Shown here one piece after another: positions 1 through 8,254 of a stretch of DNA of 64,000 nt (positions within the stretch are counted from its first letter, which is position 1; each line of letters begins with the position of its first letter). The DNA lies in the NCBI GenBank assembly GCA_963693365.1, contig CAVNZM010000008.1, positions 5,962,830 to 6,026,829 on the forward strand, in the 5' to 3' direction. Both the position numbers and the translations under genes were made by a program. The notes beneath the pieces were generated by a model. That model made no database searches, had not been told where the DNA came from, and was given only the letters and a program-made list of their open reading frames with translations. This DNA is from Amoebidium appalachense (taxonomy: Eukaryota; Protista; Ichthyosporea).

Positions 1-1023
1 ATGCTTGTATCTGCTTTCAGGACGAGTTGTGAGTCCACGGCTGTCTTGTCACTCTTCAATCCAAGCTGGGTATCGACATAGGTCTTATCACTCTTCAATA
101 CAAGCTGAGAGTCAACATATGTCTTGTCGGTTTTCAATGCGAGCTTGCCATCGGTATACGCGAGGTCTGCTTTTAGGAGCAGTTGACCATCTACGTAACT
201 CTTATCGTTTTCTCCGGTGTTTTTTTTTTCTTTTCAATCCGAGCTGGGTATCGACATATGTTTTGTCACTTTTCAATGCAAGCTTGCCGTCCGTATAGGT
301 AAGATCTGTTTTCAAGAGCAGCTGACCGTCAACAAAGCTCTTATCGCTTTTCAATCCGAGCTGGGTATCGACATATGTTTTGTCACTTTTCAATGCAAGC
401 TTGCCGTCCGTATAGGTAAGATTTGTTTTCAAGAGCAGCTGACCGTCAACAAAGCTCTTATCGCTTTTCAAAGCTAGCTGTGTATCCGTGTAACTTCTGT
501 CGCTTTTAAGTGCGAGCTGTCTGTCCACATAGCTAATTTCACTTTTCAGTGCTAGCTTCCCATCGACAAACACCACACGATCTTCGAAGCGTGTGTCAAG
601 GTCAGTAACTGTGGTCGTCAGCCGCCCATCCAGCTCTTTCACAGTTACAACATCGGCCTTCAGTTGCAGCCGTGAAACCACACTGTCTTCTTCAGCCTTT
701 TTATCGACCACCCCCACTAGCTGAGCAAGGGCGGTCTTCTCGGCTTTGAGTTCCAGCCCGGCCTGCTGAACTGCGAGCGCGGCGTTGATTTGCTCCACTG
801 TCGATAAAGTGTTGTCGGAATTCACGGTGAGAGCAGCGTTCAGAATTCCGACGGCAGCACCCAGCGTGAGCCCTGTGCATGGCCCCTCCATGGGAACGGT
901 ATAAGGGAGGACCTGCGCGACACAGGCTGCGGCTTGCTCGAGATTTAGTGAGCCACCATCGAACTTGACGGAGTCAGGCAATATTGCTTGTTCCCCGCAC
1001 ACCAGTTGTCGACATCGCAACAT
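1..1023 (-). pseudogene. Fibre/coiled-coil-like repeat protein (11-aa LKSDKTYVDTQ repeats), frameshifted by a 22-nt insertion and continuing past the window edge
   Basis: ORF 202..1023 has tandem LKxDKxYVDxQL repeats. After the insertion at 208-229 the same repeat resumes in another frame (DKSYVDGQLLLKADLAYTDGKLALKTDKTYVDSQL...) down to position 1. Confidence 0.7.
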
Positions 1024-1139
1024 TTAGGTAGGGGATGCATAAACGAGCCAAGGTGGCCTACGTATACAAGTCTGAGAACCCAGGACCCGGGTTTCCTATT
1101 CAAGCGGTTTCACTATTTTCTGTCACTATTAACGAGAAT

Positions 1140-2294
1140 ATGACATCTATTGACACAACATTACAAACTAGACACAAGGCTGGCAACAGTAAGTGTGAAC
1201 ACGGCCGGCAGAGATCACGATGTAAACCGTGCAGCGGTGTCGGCATATGTGAGCACGGCAGACAGAGATCACTATGTAAACCATGTGGAGGTGCCTGCAT
1301 ATGCGAGCACGGCAGACAGAGATCACTATGTAAACCATGTGGAGGTGCCTGCATATGCGAGCACGGCCGGGTGAAATCAGGCTGCAAACCATGCGGTGGT
1401 GCCAGTATATGCGTGCATGGCCGGCGAAAATCAGGCTGCAAACCATGCGGTGGTGCCAGCATATGCGTGCATGGCCGGCGAAAATCACGCTGCAAACCAT
1501 GTGGTGGTGCCAGCATATGCACGCATGCCCGGGAGAAATCAAGCTGTAAACCGTGCTGCGGTTCCAGCATGTGTGCGCATGACCGGCGAAAATCACAATG
1601 CAAATTATGTGGCGGGGCCGGACTATGCCACCATGGAAAACAGAGAAGCCAATGCAGATATTGCGATCTACGATACTTCTGTTCGGCCTGCACGCTGACA
1701 CATGTGCAGAAACAAGGTAACCTGTGTGCCACCTGTGACCCACAGTCCACCCGTCGAAATAAATGGTCAGAGGCGCGCCCGGAAATCAAGGTTCTTCGGC
1801 ACTTGTCAGGTGCCATAGGTGCCCCCACCAGCCACGACAAAATAGTACCGAACGATTGTGGGGAACGCACTCGCCCAGACCTGTACTACGACTTTGGGAC
1901 ATTCGTAATGGTCATTGAGGTGGATGAACATCAGCACGGCTCATACGACTCCACGTGCGAGGTTGCGCGGATGTTCAACCAGACCTCTGCGCACGAAGTG
2001 CCGACCATGTTCATCCGGTTCAACCCGCACGGGTTCAAGATCGACGGCAAGACACGGAGAACCGGCATGAAGCAGCGGCTCGATGCGCTGACCGAGGCCA
2101 TCAAGCATGTGCGGGACACGGATCATGCCACACTGTTCAGGGATGGGCGCATCCGCATGGGGTATCTGTTCTACGACTGGCACGAGGCAACAGCAGATCT
2201 GGGCGTGCAGTATAGCAGGCTGGTGTCAATCGAAGACACGGACAAGCTACTGGCCCCGTTTCAAGTCAAGACGAGTCCGGTGGAGGAGGCTTAA
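1140..2294 (+). CDS. Cys-rich CEHGRxRSxCKxC repeat protein with a C-terminal PD-(D/E)xK (Vsr/DUF559-like) endonuclease, giant-virus type
   Basis: About 9 tandem 17-aa C-x-H-G-R...C-K-x-C repeats, then RPDLYYD...VIEVDEHQH...CEVARM...FIRFNP. The ORF is open from 1035 and the ATG at 1140 is preferred. AATAAA at ~2329. Confidence 0.8.
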   Translation: MTSIDTTLQTRHKAGNSKCEHGRQRSRCKPCSGVGICEHGRQRSLCKPCGGACICEHGRQRSLCKPCGGACICEHGRVKSGCKPCGGASICVHGRRKSGCKPCGGASICVHGRRKSRCKPCGGASICTHAREKSSCKPCCGSSMCAHDRRKSQCKLCGGAGLCHHGKQRSQCRYCDLRYFCSACTLTHVQKQGNLCATCDPQSTRRNKWSEARPEIKVLRHLSGAIGAPTSHDKIVPNDCGERTRPDLYYDFGTFVMVIEVDEHQHGSYDSTCEVARMFNQTSAHEVPTMFIRFNPHGFKIDGKTRRTGMKQRLDALTEAIKHVRDTDHATLFRDGRIRMGYLFYDWHEATADLGVQYSRLVSIEDTDKLLAPFQVKTSPVEEA

Positions 2295-2349
2295 GCTGTA
2301 GGCCGACCGGGAGGGGCTCCTTTTATTCAATAAAAGCGGTCCTGCACAG

Positions 2350-2571
2350 GGCGAAAAGGGTCAACCCCACGACCCTGTTCTCTAGAAATTTCGGAGACAT
2401 TGTAACGGTGTGCCACGGTGTTCTCTTGGCTTTCGGGAGACATGGTGGGTACCGGCGAGGCTATTCTCTATGAAATGACGGGCCAGTCGTTCACAGAAGC
2501 CGCCGCGTTCTCTCTGGTTTGTGAAGAAATCATTGGACTAGTAGCGGGTGGTGGGGGGGAGAACAGGGTGC
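2350..2571. repeat. Intergenic module R1, copy 1 (~220 bp; internal ~40-bp TGTTCTC...GGAGACA subrepeats; 11-bp inverted repeat ACCCTGTTCTC/GAGAACAGGGT at 2372-2382 and 2559-2569)
   Basis: Direct alignment by eye with 4610-4826. Confidence 0.8.
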
Positions 2572-2631
2572 ACGCCCCTCCCCCCCCCCCTCCCTCCCGT
2601 AACACGAGCGCACATTTTTAAGGCTTCACGC

Positions 2632-4365
2632 ATGAACATACAGGGTGACAACCCCAACGCAGGCTCACAGGGGTTCAAGCGCCCCCGAGAGCCCGAGCGC
2701 GACCTACCCTCGCATGCGGATATTGCCGTCAGGAACGTGCATCTGATCTCCGACATGGGTGCCGTTGAAGGTGAAGAGGCCGCCGAGGGCGACAATGCCA
2801 ACAACCCCTTCGACCTGGTCGCCAACTACGGCGTGACGCTTCTTAGACCTCACACGCTGCTTGCCAGCCCTTATGCCACACGGTACCTGTCCGAAATCCT
2901 GGCCTATTCCCTGGTTCTTGTTCCGGGCGAGCTGGGGCGGCGCGAGTTCGACTGCGGCGACAAGGAGGCGTCCTTGACCGGGCCCATGTACAAGAACAAT
3001 CCCTTCTGGCGATCCCATGGCACCACCGTCCCCCTCGACCCGCCGGGCGGCCAGCTGCATGACCAGATCACCCGTATGGTCTCCAACAGCTCGCGCAACC
3101 CGTCCCTTCGGCCTCCGGTTACACGCCCGGGGGAGCCCGCCTACACCGGCATCACCCTTGCCATCGCGGCGACCGGGTCCGACGCAAACACCCTCTGCGA
3201 AACGGTGGCCATCCAGGCCGCGCGGGTGCGCAACTCCCACTGGGACTGGATGGCGTGCCCGTGTGACGCATCCGCATGCAACTGCAACGACGCCGCCGTC
3301 CTTCTGTACGACACCTACGGCGCCGGCCGGGGCACCTTTGCCGGTGCGTCGCGGTACGGGTTTTCGCAGAACTGCAACTGGAGGAGGGCCCACGTCGTGC
3401 ATCGCAAGGCGAACGAGTCGGCCGTGGACGCGCTCGCACGTGCCCAGGATGAGCTGGCGGAGCAGGGTATCCCTGTCGGGGCCGTGTTCGTCGAGTTCCT
3501 GAACGGCCACCACGTGGTCATGATGTCCAAGGACGACGCCTGCGCCATCCGGCAGTGGTGCAGCGACCAGAGGGTGTATCTCATCGCAGACGAGATTCTG
3601 AGCGCGTTTCGCTGCGGCGCGCTCTTCTCGTTCCAGTTGTACGACGGCGCCGTAGTGCCGGACCTGGTCACGCTGGGCAAGGGTTTGCAGTTGGGCCTCG
3701 TCGTCAAGATCGTCGACCCCGACACCCGACTGAGCGAGGTGGAGACACTGTTGCGAAACACAAGCCCAGGGTACAACCTGCACATCCCGCAGGTTCCTAG
3801 CATGGAGCTCTGCAACACCGGGATATTGACCGCGCTCCATGTCCTGCGCGTCATCGAGGTAGGCGACCTCATCCACGGAGCCGCGGAAAGGTGTCGTGAG
3901 CTCTGCTACGGCCTCAACCGATACCACAGCGTCGTCACCACACGCGTGGGTGCCATGGCATGCCTCTACACCCCCGACTTTCTTCCAGACGACTTCCCCC
4001 CAACGACCCCGGGCTCCACGGACCCGTTCTCGCGCCTGCTCGATTTCCTGCTGGGACCCGACGACCACGTCGGGAAACACAGGGGCTATGCGCGCCAGCA
4101 GTACCGCGCCGACGACCACTCCCAAGTCCCTCCCGGCATGGCAGGGTTTCACTTCACCTGCACCGACTGGGAGCGCGACAACCGCGTGCTCTACAGCAGC
4201 ACCCAGTCCAACAGGATCTGCCCGCCCCTCGACCTCACCACCGCCGAGGTGCATGCGATCGTGAACTGTGGCCGACTGCGCCTGTTCCCCCACAATCCGA
4301 CCACATACGGGCCCATCGAGTCGGTGAACGCGCAGGTGGACATGGGCCTGGTTGTCCCGGTCTGA
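2632..4365 (+). CDS. Class-III PLP-dependent aminotransferase-like protein (divergent)
   Basis: Motifs GAVFVEFL, LIADEILSAFRCG and PDLVTLGKGL (PLP-binding Asp and Schiff-base Lys), plus TGSDAN resembling SGSEAN. Confidence 0.8.
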   Translation: MNIQGDNPNAGSQGFKRPREPERDLPSHADIAVRNVHLISDMGAVEGEEAAEGDNANNPFDLVANYGVTLLRPHTLLASPYATRYLSEILAYSLVLVPGELGRREFDCGDKEASLTGPMYKNNPFWRSHGTTVPLDPPGGQLHDQITRMVSNSSRNPSLRPPVTRPGEPAYTGITLAIAATGSDANTLCETVAIQAARVRNSHWDWMACPCDASACNCNDAAVLLYDTYGAGRGTFAGASRYGFSQNCNWRRAHVVHRKANESAVDALARAQDELAEQGIPVGAVFVEFLNGHHVVMMSKDDACAIRQWCSDQRVYLIADEILSAFRCGALFSFQLYDGAVVPDLVTLGKGLQLGLVVKIVDPDTRLSEVETLLRNTSPGYNLHIPQVPSMELCNTGILTALHVLRVIEVGDLIHGAAERCRELCYGLNRYHSVVTTRVGAMACLYTPDFLPDDFPPTTPGSTDPFSRLLDFLLGPDDHVGKHRGYARQQYRADDHSQVPPGMAGFHFTCTDWERDNRVLYSSTQSNRICPPLDLTTAEVHAIVNCGRLRLFPHNPTTYGPIESVNAQVDMGLVVPV

Positions 4366-4409
4366 AACAGATGCGCAGTCAGCCAGTCAGCCCAAGCACT
4401 CCCGATTCT

Positions 4410-4560
4410 GCGGTGGGGCCGGGGGGCTGGGGGGGCTGGGAGGGGCGCCTGTGGCACACAGACCCGTGAGCCCGCTGTGTCTCCCGCCCTTGCATGCCTC
4501 ACATGCCTCCCGAGCCCCCCACGCCAGTTGGGTCGGGCTTTCGGGCTCCGTGGTCCTGCG
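4410..4560. repeat. Intergenic module R2, copy 1 (GGCTGGGAGGGGC...(TGCCTC)n...GGGTCGGGCTTTC)
   Basis: Homologous to 6675-6845 and 7625-7820; a short remnant GGGAGGGGCTCC lies at ~2308. Confidence 0.7.
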
Positions 4561-4609
4561 CGCCCCTCCCAGCCCCCCAGGCCCCGCTCCTAGGAAAAAG
4601 CAATCGGCG

Positions 4610-4868
4610 AACAGGGTCCATCCCCGGCACCTGTTCTCCAAGGATCCGGGAGACATGGTTGGGGATGCCATGGTGTTCTCTTGGGTTCCGGGAGACATGG
4701 TGGGGACCGGCGATGCTGTTCTCCAGAAAATTGCGGGCCAAACGTTCATGGGCACTGCCGTGTTCTCTCTGGTTTGTGGAGAAAACGTTGGACTGGGCAG
4801 GGGCCGGTGGGCAGGAGAACAGGGTGGTGAACGCGCAGGTGGATACGGGCCGGGTTGTTGCCGTGTGA
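4610..4868. repeat. Intergenic module R1, copy 2, fused to a 43-bp copy (4826-4868) of the aminotransferase 3' end (4323-4365)
   Basis: R1 similarity to 2350-2571, with inverted repeat CCTGTTCTCC (4630-4639) / GGAGAACAGG (4814-4823). The tail copy matches at 36/43 nt, including the TGA. Confidence 0.8.
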
Positions 4869-4923
4869 CGTAAAGGTCGATTTTGACAGTTTGTGGTACT
4901 TTATCTGTCGGTTCAACACCGTG

Positions 4924-5721
4924 ATGTCTCGACTCAGCGAAGGGGCTGTTGTGCGCTGCCTCCACCTGGTGCGCACGTTTTTGGATAACGATAAGAGCAG
5001 CGCTTTGTTCATGCAGGGATACACAACGCACCACCTAGTGTTATACATCAAGCACCTGATGGAAATGGAAACAAACGAAAAGGTCCCAGTCGAACACATT
5101 GAGAGGCTGATCTCCTGCCCCGATGAAATGTCCGAACACACGCGCTCATCGAAGAAACTGAAAAACGTCGTTACAGCAGTTCGCGAGCTGTTCCCCACAC
5201 CGTGGGTTTGGAAGGGGATTGATCCAGGCACGTTTACGGTGGAGCTCGCTAGGGAGGTCCATCGCAAGGTCATGGACGGGCTGCTCGATAGCGCTGGACG
5301 GTATCGGGTGCGCTTTGCGCTTCCCGCAGGCTGCAGTCATCAGTACCTTGCACCGTTCAAGATCGAAGAGGCTCTCAAGCGCCTGTTCGAAAGGACACGC
5401 ACCGAACTCCAAGGCTGCAATGACGTTCTCGGTGCCATACAGGTCGCCGCCCGTTTCCTCGGGGAGTTCCTCTACATCCACCCGTTCAGCAACGGCAACG
5501 GGCGCGTCGCCCGTCTGTTGGTCAGCGTGCTGCTCTCGCCCTATATTGCCGTTCCCCTCTCGTTGTACACAGACCGCAGCTCCCGCGAGCGCTACCACTC
5601 GCTGCTGCTGGCCGCGCAGAGCCAGCCGCCCCCCCACGACTACTTCGAGCTGGCGGCCTTCGTGCTGGACTGCGCAAGGGCAAACCTGGTCTCGGTGTGC
5701 AACGCCCTGGATTTGGAATGA
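4924..5721 (+). CDS. Fic (Fido) domain protein
   Basis: Motif HPFSNGNGRVAR preceded by AGRYR, as in Fic domains. Confidence 0.9.
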   Translation: MSRLSEGAVVRCLHLVRTFLDNDKSSALFMQGYTTHHLVLYIKHLMEMETNEKVPVEHIERLISCPDEMSEHTRSSKKLKNVVTAVRELFPTPWVWKGIDPGTFTVELAREVHRKVMDGLLDSAGRYRVRFALPAGCSHQYLAPFKIEEALKRLFERTRTELQGCNDVLGAIQVAARFLGEFLYIHPFSNGNGRVARLLVSVLLSPYIAVPLSLYTDRSSRERYHSLLLAAQSQPPPHDYFELAAFVLDCARANLVSVCNALDLE

Positions 5722-6629
5722 AGCCGTCAACTCTTATCGCGCCCTACATCAACATGGACACACCCTCCCAAGCCAGGACACGTGTGCGGATCCTGCTGCC
5801 CGGGGGCGGCGTCAAGGGCTGCTTCCAAGTCGGGTTCATGCAGGGGATGCTCGCGTCGGGGCTGTACCAGGTCGACAGGGTGTACGGCACGTCCGTCGGC
5901 GCGCTGGTGGCGCCGTTCGTGGTTGCCGACCGCCTGGACGACCTGGCGCGCGAGCTGGGGAAGCTGAAGTGCGTGGAGGACATTGTGGAACCGTGGGGCG
6001 GCGCAATGGCGCTGCTTCCGAAAAGTTGGAGGACGGTTGTGGGGTCATTGCTGTACGGGGCGGCGTACAGCCGCTTCACCCTGCAGGAGCGTGCGGCGGC
6101 GCTTCTGGAGGGCATCGACGCGGACATCTACACGCGCTGCCACTGCGTCGCCTGGGACTTCCTCAACAAGAAGGAGCGGTGGTTCACAGGGCCCGAGTAC
6201 CAGGTCGGCATGCGCGCGTCTTCGGCCCTTCCACTCGCGGTCCCCCCCGTCGAGTACGATGGCACCGTGTTTCTGGACGGCGGGGTCTCTGAGCTGGTGC
6301 CCCTCACCAAGGCACTCGAGGATGCCGCAGACGGGTTCGACGGCATCTACGTCACGGTGCTGTGCGACTCGCTGGCGCACTGCCCCGCAGAATCCGTGCC
6401 AAAAACGGGCATGGAGCTCTGCTATGCCCTGCAGCGTGACGCGGGCACCGAGCTAGCGGCCACCGAGTTCGCCAACCTCCGCACCCGCCTCGGAGACCGC
6501 CTCGTGGTGGTCGCTCCGGAGCGGAGGCTGTTCGCGTCGCCCATGGACGTTGACCCCGGGAAGGTCGCGCAGGCGCTTGTGGATGGCCGCACGGCGTTTG
6601 CTACCTGGGCCGCCGCGGCACGTCAATAA
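5718..6629 (+). CDS. Patatin-like phospholipase
   Basis: Oxyanion GGGVKG, nucleophile GTSVG, ASSALP and catalytic DGG. The ATG overlaps the Fic stop (ATGA at 5718-5721); an alternative start is at 5754. Confidence 0.9.
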   Translation: MKPSTLIAPYINMDTPSQARTRVRILLPGGGVKGCFQVGFMQGMLASGLYQVDRVYGTSVGALVAPFVVADRLDDLARELGKLKCVEDIVEPWGGAMALLPKSWRTVVGSLLYGAAYSRFTLQERAAALLEGIDADIYTRCHCVAWDFLNKKERWFTGPEYQVGMRASSALPLAVPPVEYDGTVFLDGGVSELVPLTKALEDAADGFDGIYVTVLCDSLAHCPAESVPKTGMELCYALQRDAGTELAATEFANLRTRLGDRLVVVAPERRLFASPMDVDPGKVAQALVDGRTAFATWAAAARQ

Positions 6630-6674
6630 ACCCACCCCGAGTCGGGTCCATATCTGTCGTCCTCGGTCACCAAT

Positions 6675-6845
6675 CCGGGCTGGGGCCTGGGGGCCTGGGG
6701 GCCTGGGGGGCTGGGGTGCTGGGGGTGGCTGGGAGGGGCTCCTGTGGCGCACGTGCCACGCGTGCCTCCTGTGCCTCGCGTGCCTCGCATGCCTCGCGCT
6801 AGGTTTGGGTCGGGCTTTCTGGTTCTGTGGTGTGGCGCTGCATAC
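6675..6845. repeat. Intergenic module R2, copy 2
   Basis: Shared GGCTGGGAGGGGC, GCCACGCGTGCCTCCTGTGCCTCGCGTGCCTC and GGGTCGGGCTTTC blocks. Confidence 0.75.
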
Positions 6846-7578
6846 GGGTGTATCGGAGTTTGTAGCAATTCATAACCGATGAACGATCGGATTTCCGGGG
6901 TGGGTGTCCCGGCCATGTAGTGATTCGCTTCATGCGCACCGATTTCTGCTTTCCGAGGACAGAACTGGCATACACGCCAAAAGTTCGAATCGGGAGCGAG
7001 GCGTTCTGATTGCAGTGGCTTGGCAGCCACAAACTATATAGGTTGAAAAGGCCAGCTGAAGATATGTAGCACCCGGATGTGATGTGACAGCCCTTGGGCA
7101 ACCATTCAGGATTTTTGCTTAGCTCATCCACGAATTCTGAGACGCACTTCCGGGTGCACACGTGTTCGCCATTGACATCGTCCCAGCTGACAACCTCGTC
7201 CTCGCTCACATCTTGGGATTCTTGCTCCGGTGGCCTCTTGGGCTCTGTTTGGGGGAGAGGGGCCCACACCGTTTGCAGCGTGTCCGATTCGACCGTGGCC
7301 CTAATTCCCAAAATCGTCATCGTTTCGATCGCCACTTTCAAGCAATCTAGGGACGCAATATCGAACAGATGTACCCGAGGTCGATGGTTCGGACAGTAGG
7401 CTTGATAGCACAGGACCTGCCCAACGGCAGATTTCCATTTAGAAGCGCGCTTGACTTCGATGACTTCCGTGGCCGTCAGCAGGTCGATCCGTCCTGCGGG
7501 CGTGCGTACCTCAATGGTTCCACCTTCGAGCTTGGCCAGCCTATCCCTGACATATGACTCGTCGTAGGTAGCCATCAC
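6799..7578 (-). CDS. PD-(D/E)xK nuclease-domain protein of the type fused to KilA-N/Bro proteins in giant viruses, with a possible C-terminal winged-helix
   Basis: E...EVRTPAGRIDLLT.TEVIEVK...WKSAVGQVLCY...HLF. The C-terminal ISSAGLFNLYSLW...RTFG resembles D5-type C-terminal helices. Confidence 0.75.
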   Translation of the reverse strand: MMATYDESYVRDRLAKLEGGTIEVRTPAGRIDLLTATEVIEVKRASKWKSAVGQVLCYQAYCPNHRPRVHLFDIASLDCLKVAIETMTILGIRATVESDTLQTVWAPLPQTEPKRPPEQESQDVSEDEVVSWDDVNGEHVCTRKCVSEFVDELSKNPEWLPKGCHITSGCYISSAGLFNLYSLWLPSHCNQNASLPIRTFGVYASSVLGKQKSVRMKRITTWPGHPPRKSDRSSVMNCYKLRYTRMQRHTTEPESPTQT

Positions 7579-7624
7579 TTACAACACAAGAAAATAAAAA
7601 TCACCCCCAGTCGATTGTTGGTTG

Positions 7625-7820
7625 CCAGTGGGTGGCTGGGGGTGGCTGGGAGGGGCCTGTGTGTACTGGGGGTGGCTGGGAGGGGCCTGTGTGCACCGGT
7701 GCCCCATCAGCCACGCGTGCCTCCTGTGCCTCGCGTGCCTCACGCGCCCCTCCCAGCCACCCGGGCTAGTTTCGGGTCCGATTCGGGCTCCCCGGTTCTT
7801 TGGTGTGCTGCTGCATGTGC
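7625..7820. repeat. Intergenic module R2, copy 3
   Basis: Same blocks as 6675-6845, with an internal duplication of GGGGGTGGCTGGGAGGGGCCTGTGTG. Confidence 0.75.
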
Positions 7821-8062
7821 CGCTTGAGGCTCAAGGCATACCGAAACTGACGCCCGCACCCCGCATGCGCGCACACGTGCCGCAGAATCCCCGCATGCCT
7901 GTCGCTGTGCGCCGCAAAGTTGCTGTTGCGGGTGGTGGAGTAGCCGCAACCGTCGACTGTGCACCGATACACCTTGTACTCCTTGACCATGACTGGGCCT
8001 AGCTCAGACCTGCACGTGCATGGAAACATTATGTTACTGAAGGAACGGAAAATATTTTCCAT
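7766..8062 (-). CDS. Small protein with two C2H2 zinc fingers
   Basis: YRCTVDGCGYSTTRNSNFAAHSDRH and HVCAHAGCGRQFRYALSLKRHMQQH. Confidence 0.75.
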   Translation of the reverse strand: MENIFRSFSNIMFPCTCRSELGPVMVKEYKVYRCTVDGCGYSTTRNSNFAAHSDRHAGILRHVCAHAGCGRQFRYALSLKRHMQQHTKEPGSPNRTRN

Positions 8063-8254
8063 GGTCACGGACTCTGTCACTGCAGGTCGCTGCTGATTTG
8101 CCTGAGGGGCTGATGGTGGGTGACCTGTCTCCCTTGCTCCGCAGGCCCGCACGCAGGTATATAAGCACGCACCCGACCGGTTCCGGTCACAGTCTTGATC
8201 TTTGCTTCGAGTGTGACAGGCGACGACGAGAAAATATTTTCTATACAACCTGTA

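Noticed and set aside
2704-6292. Long antisense or alternate-frame ORFs overlapping the aminotransferase, Fic and patatin genes
   Set aside because: These are shadow ORFs caused by high GC3; the motif-bearing frames are on the + strand.
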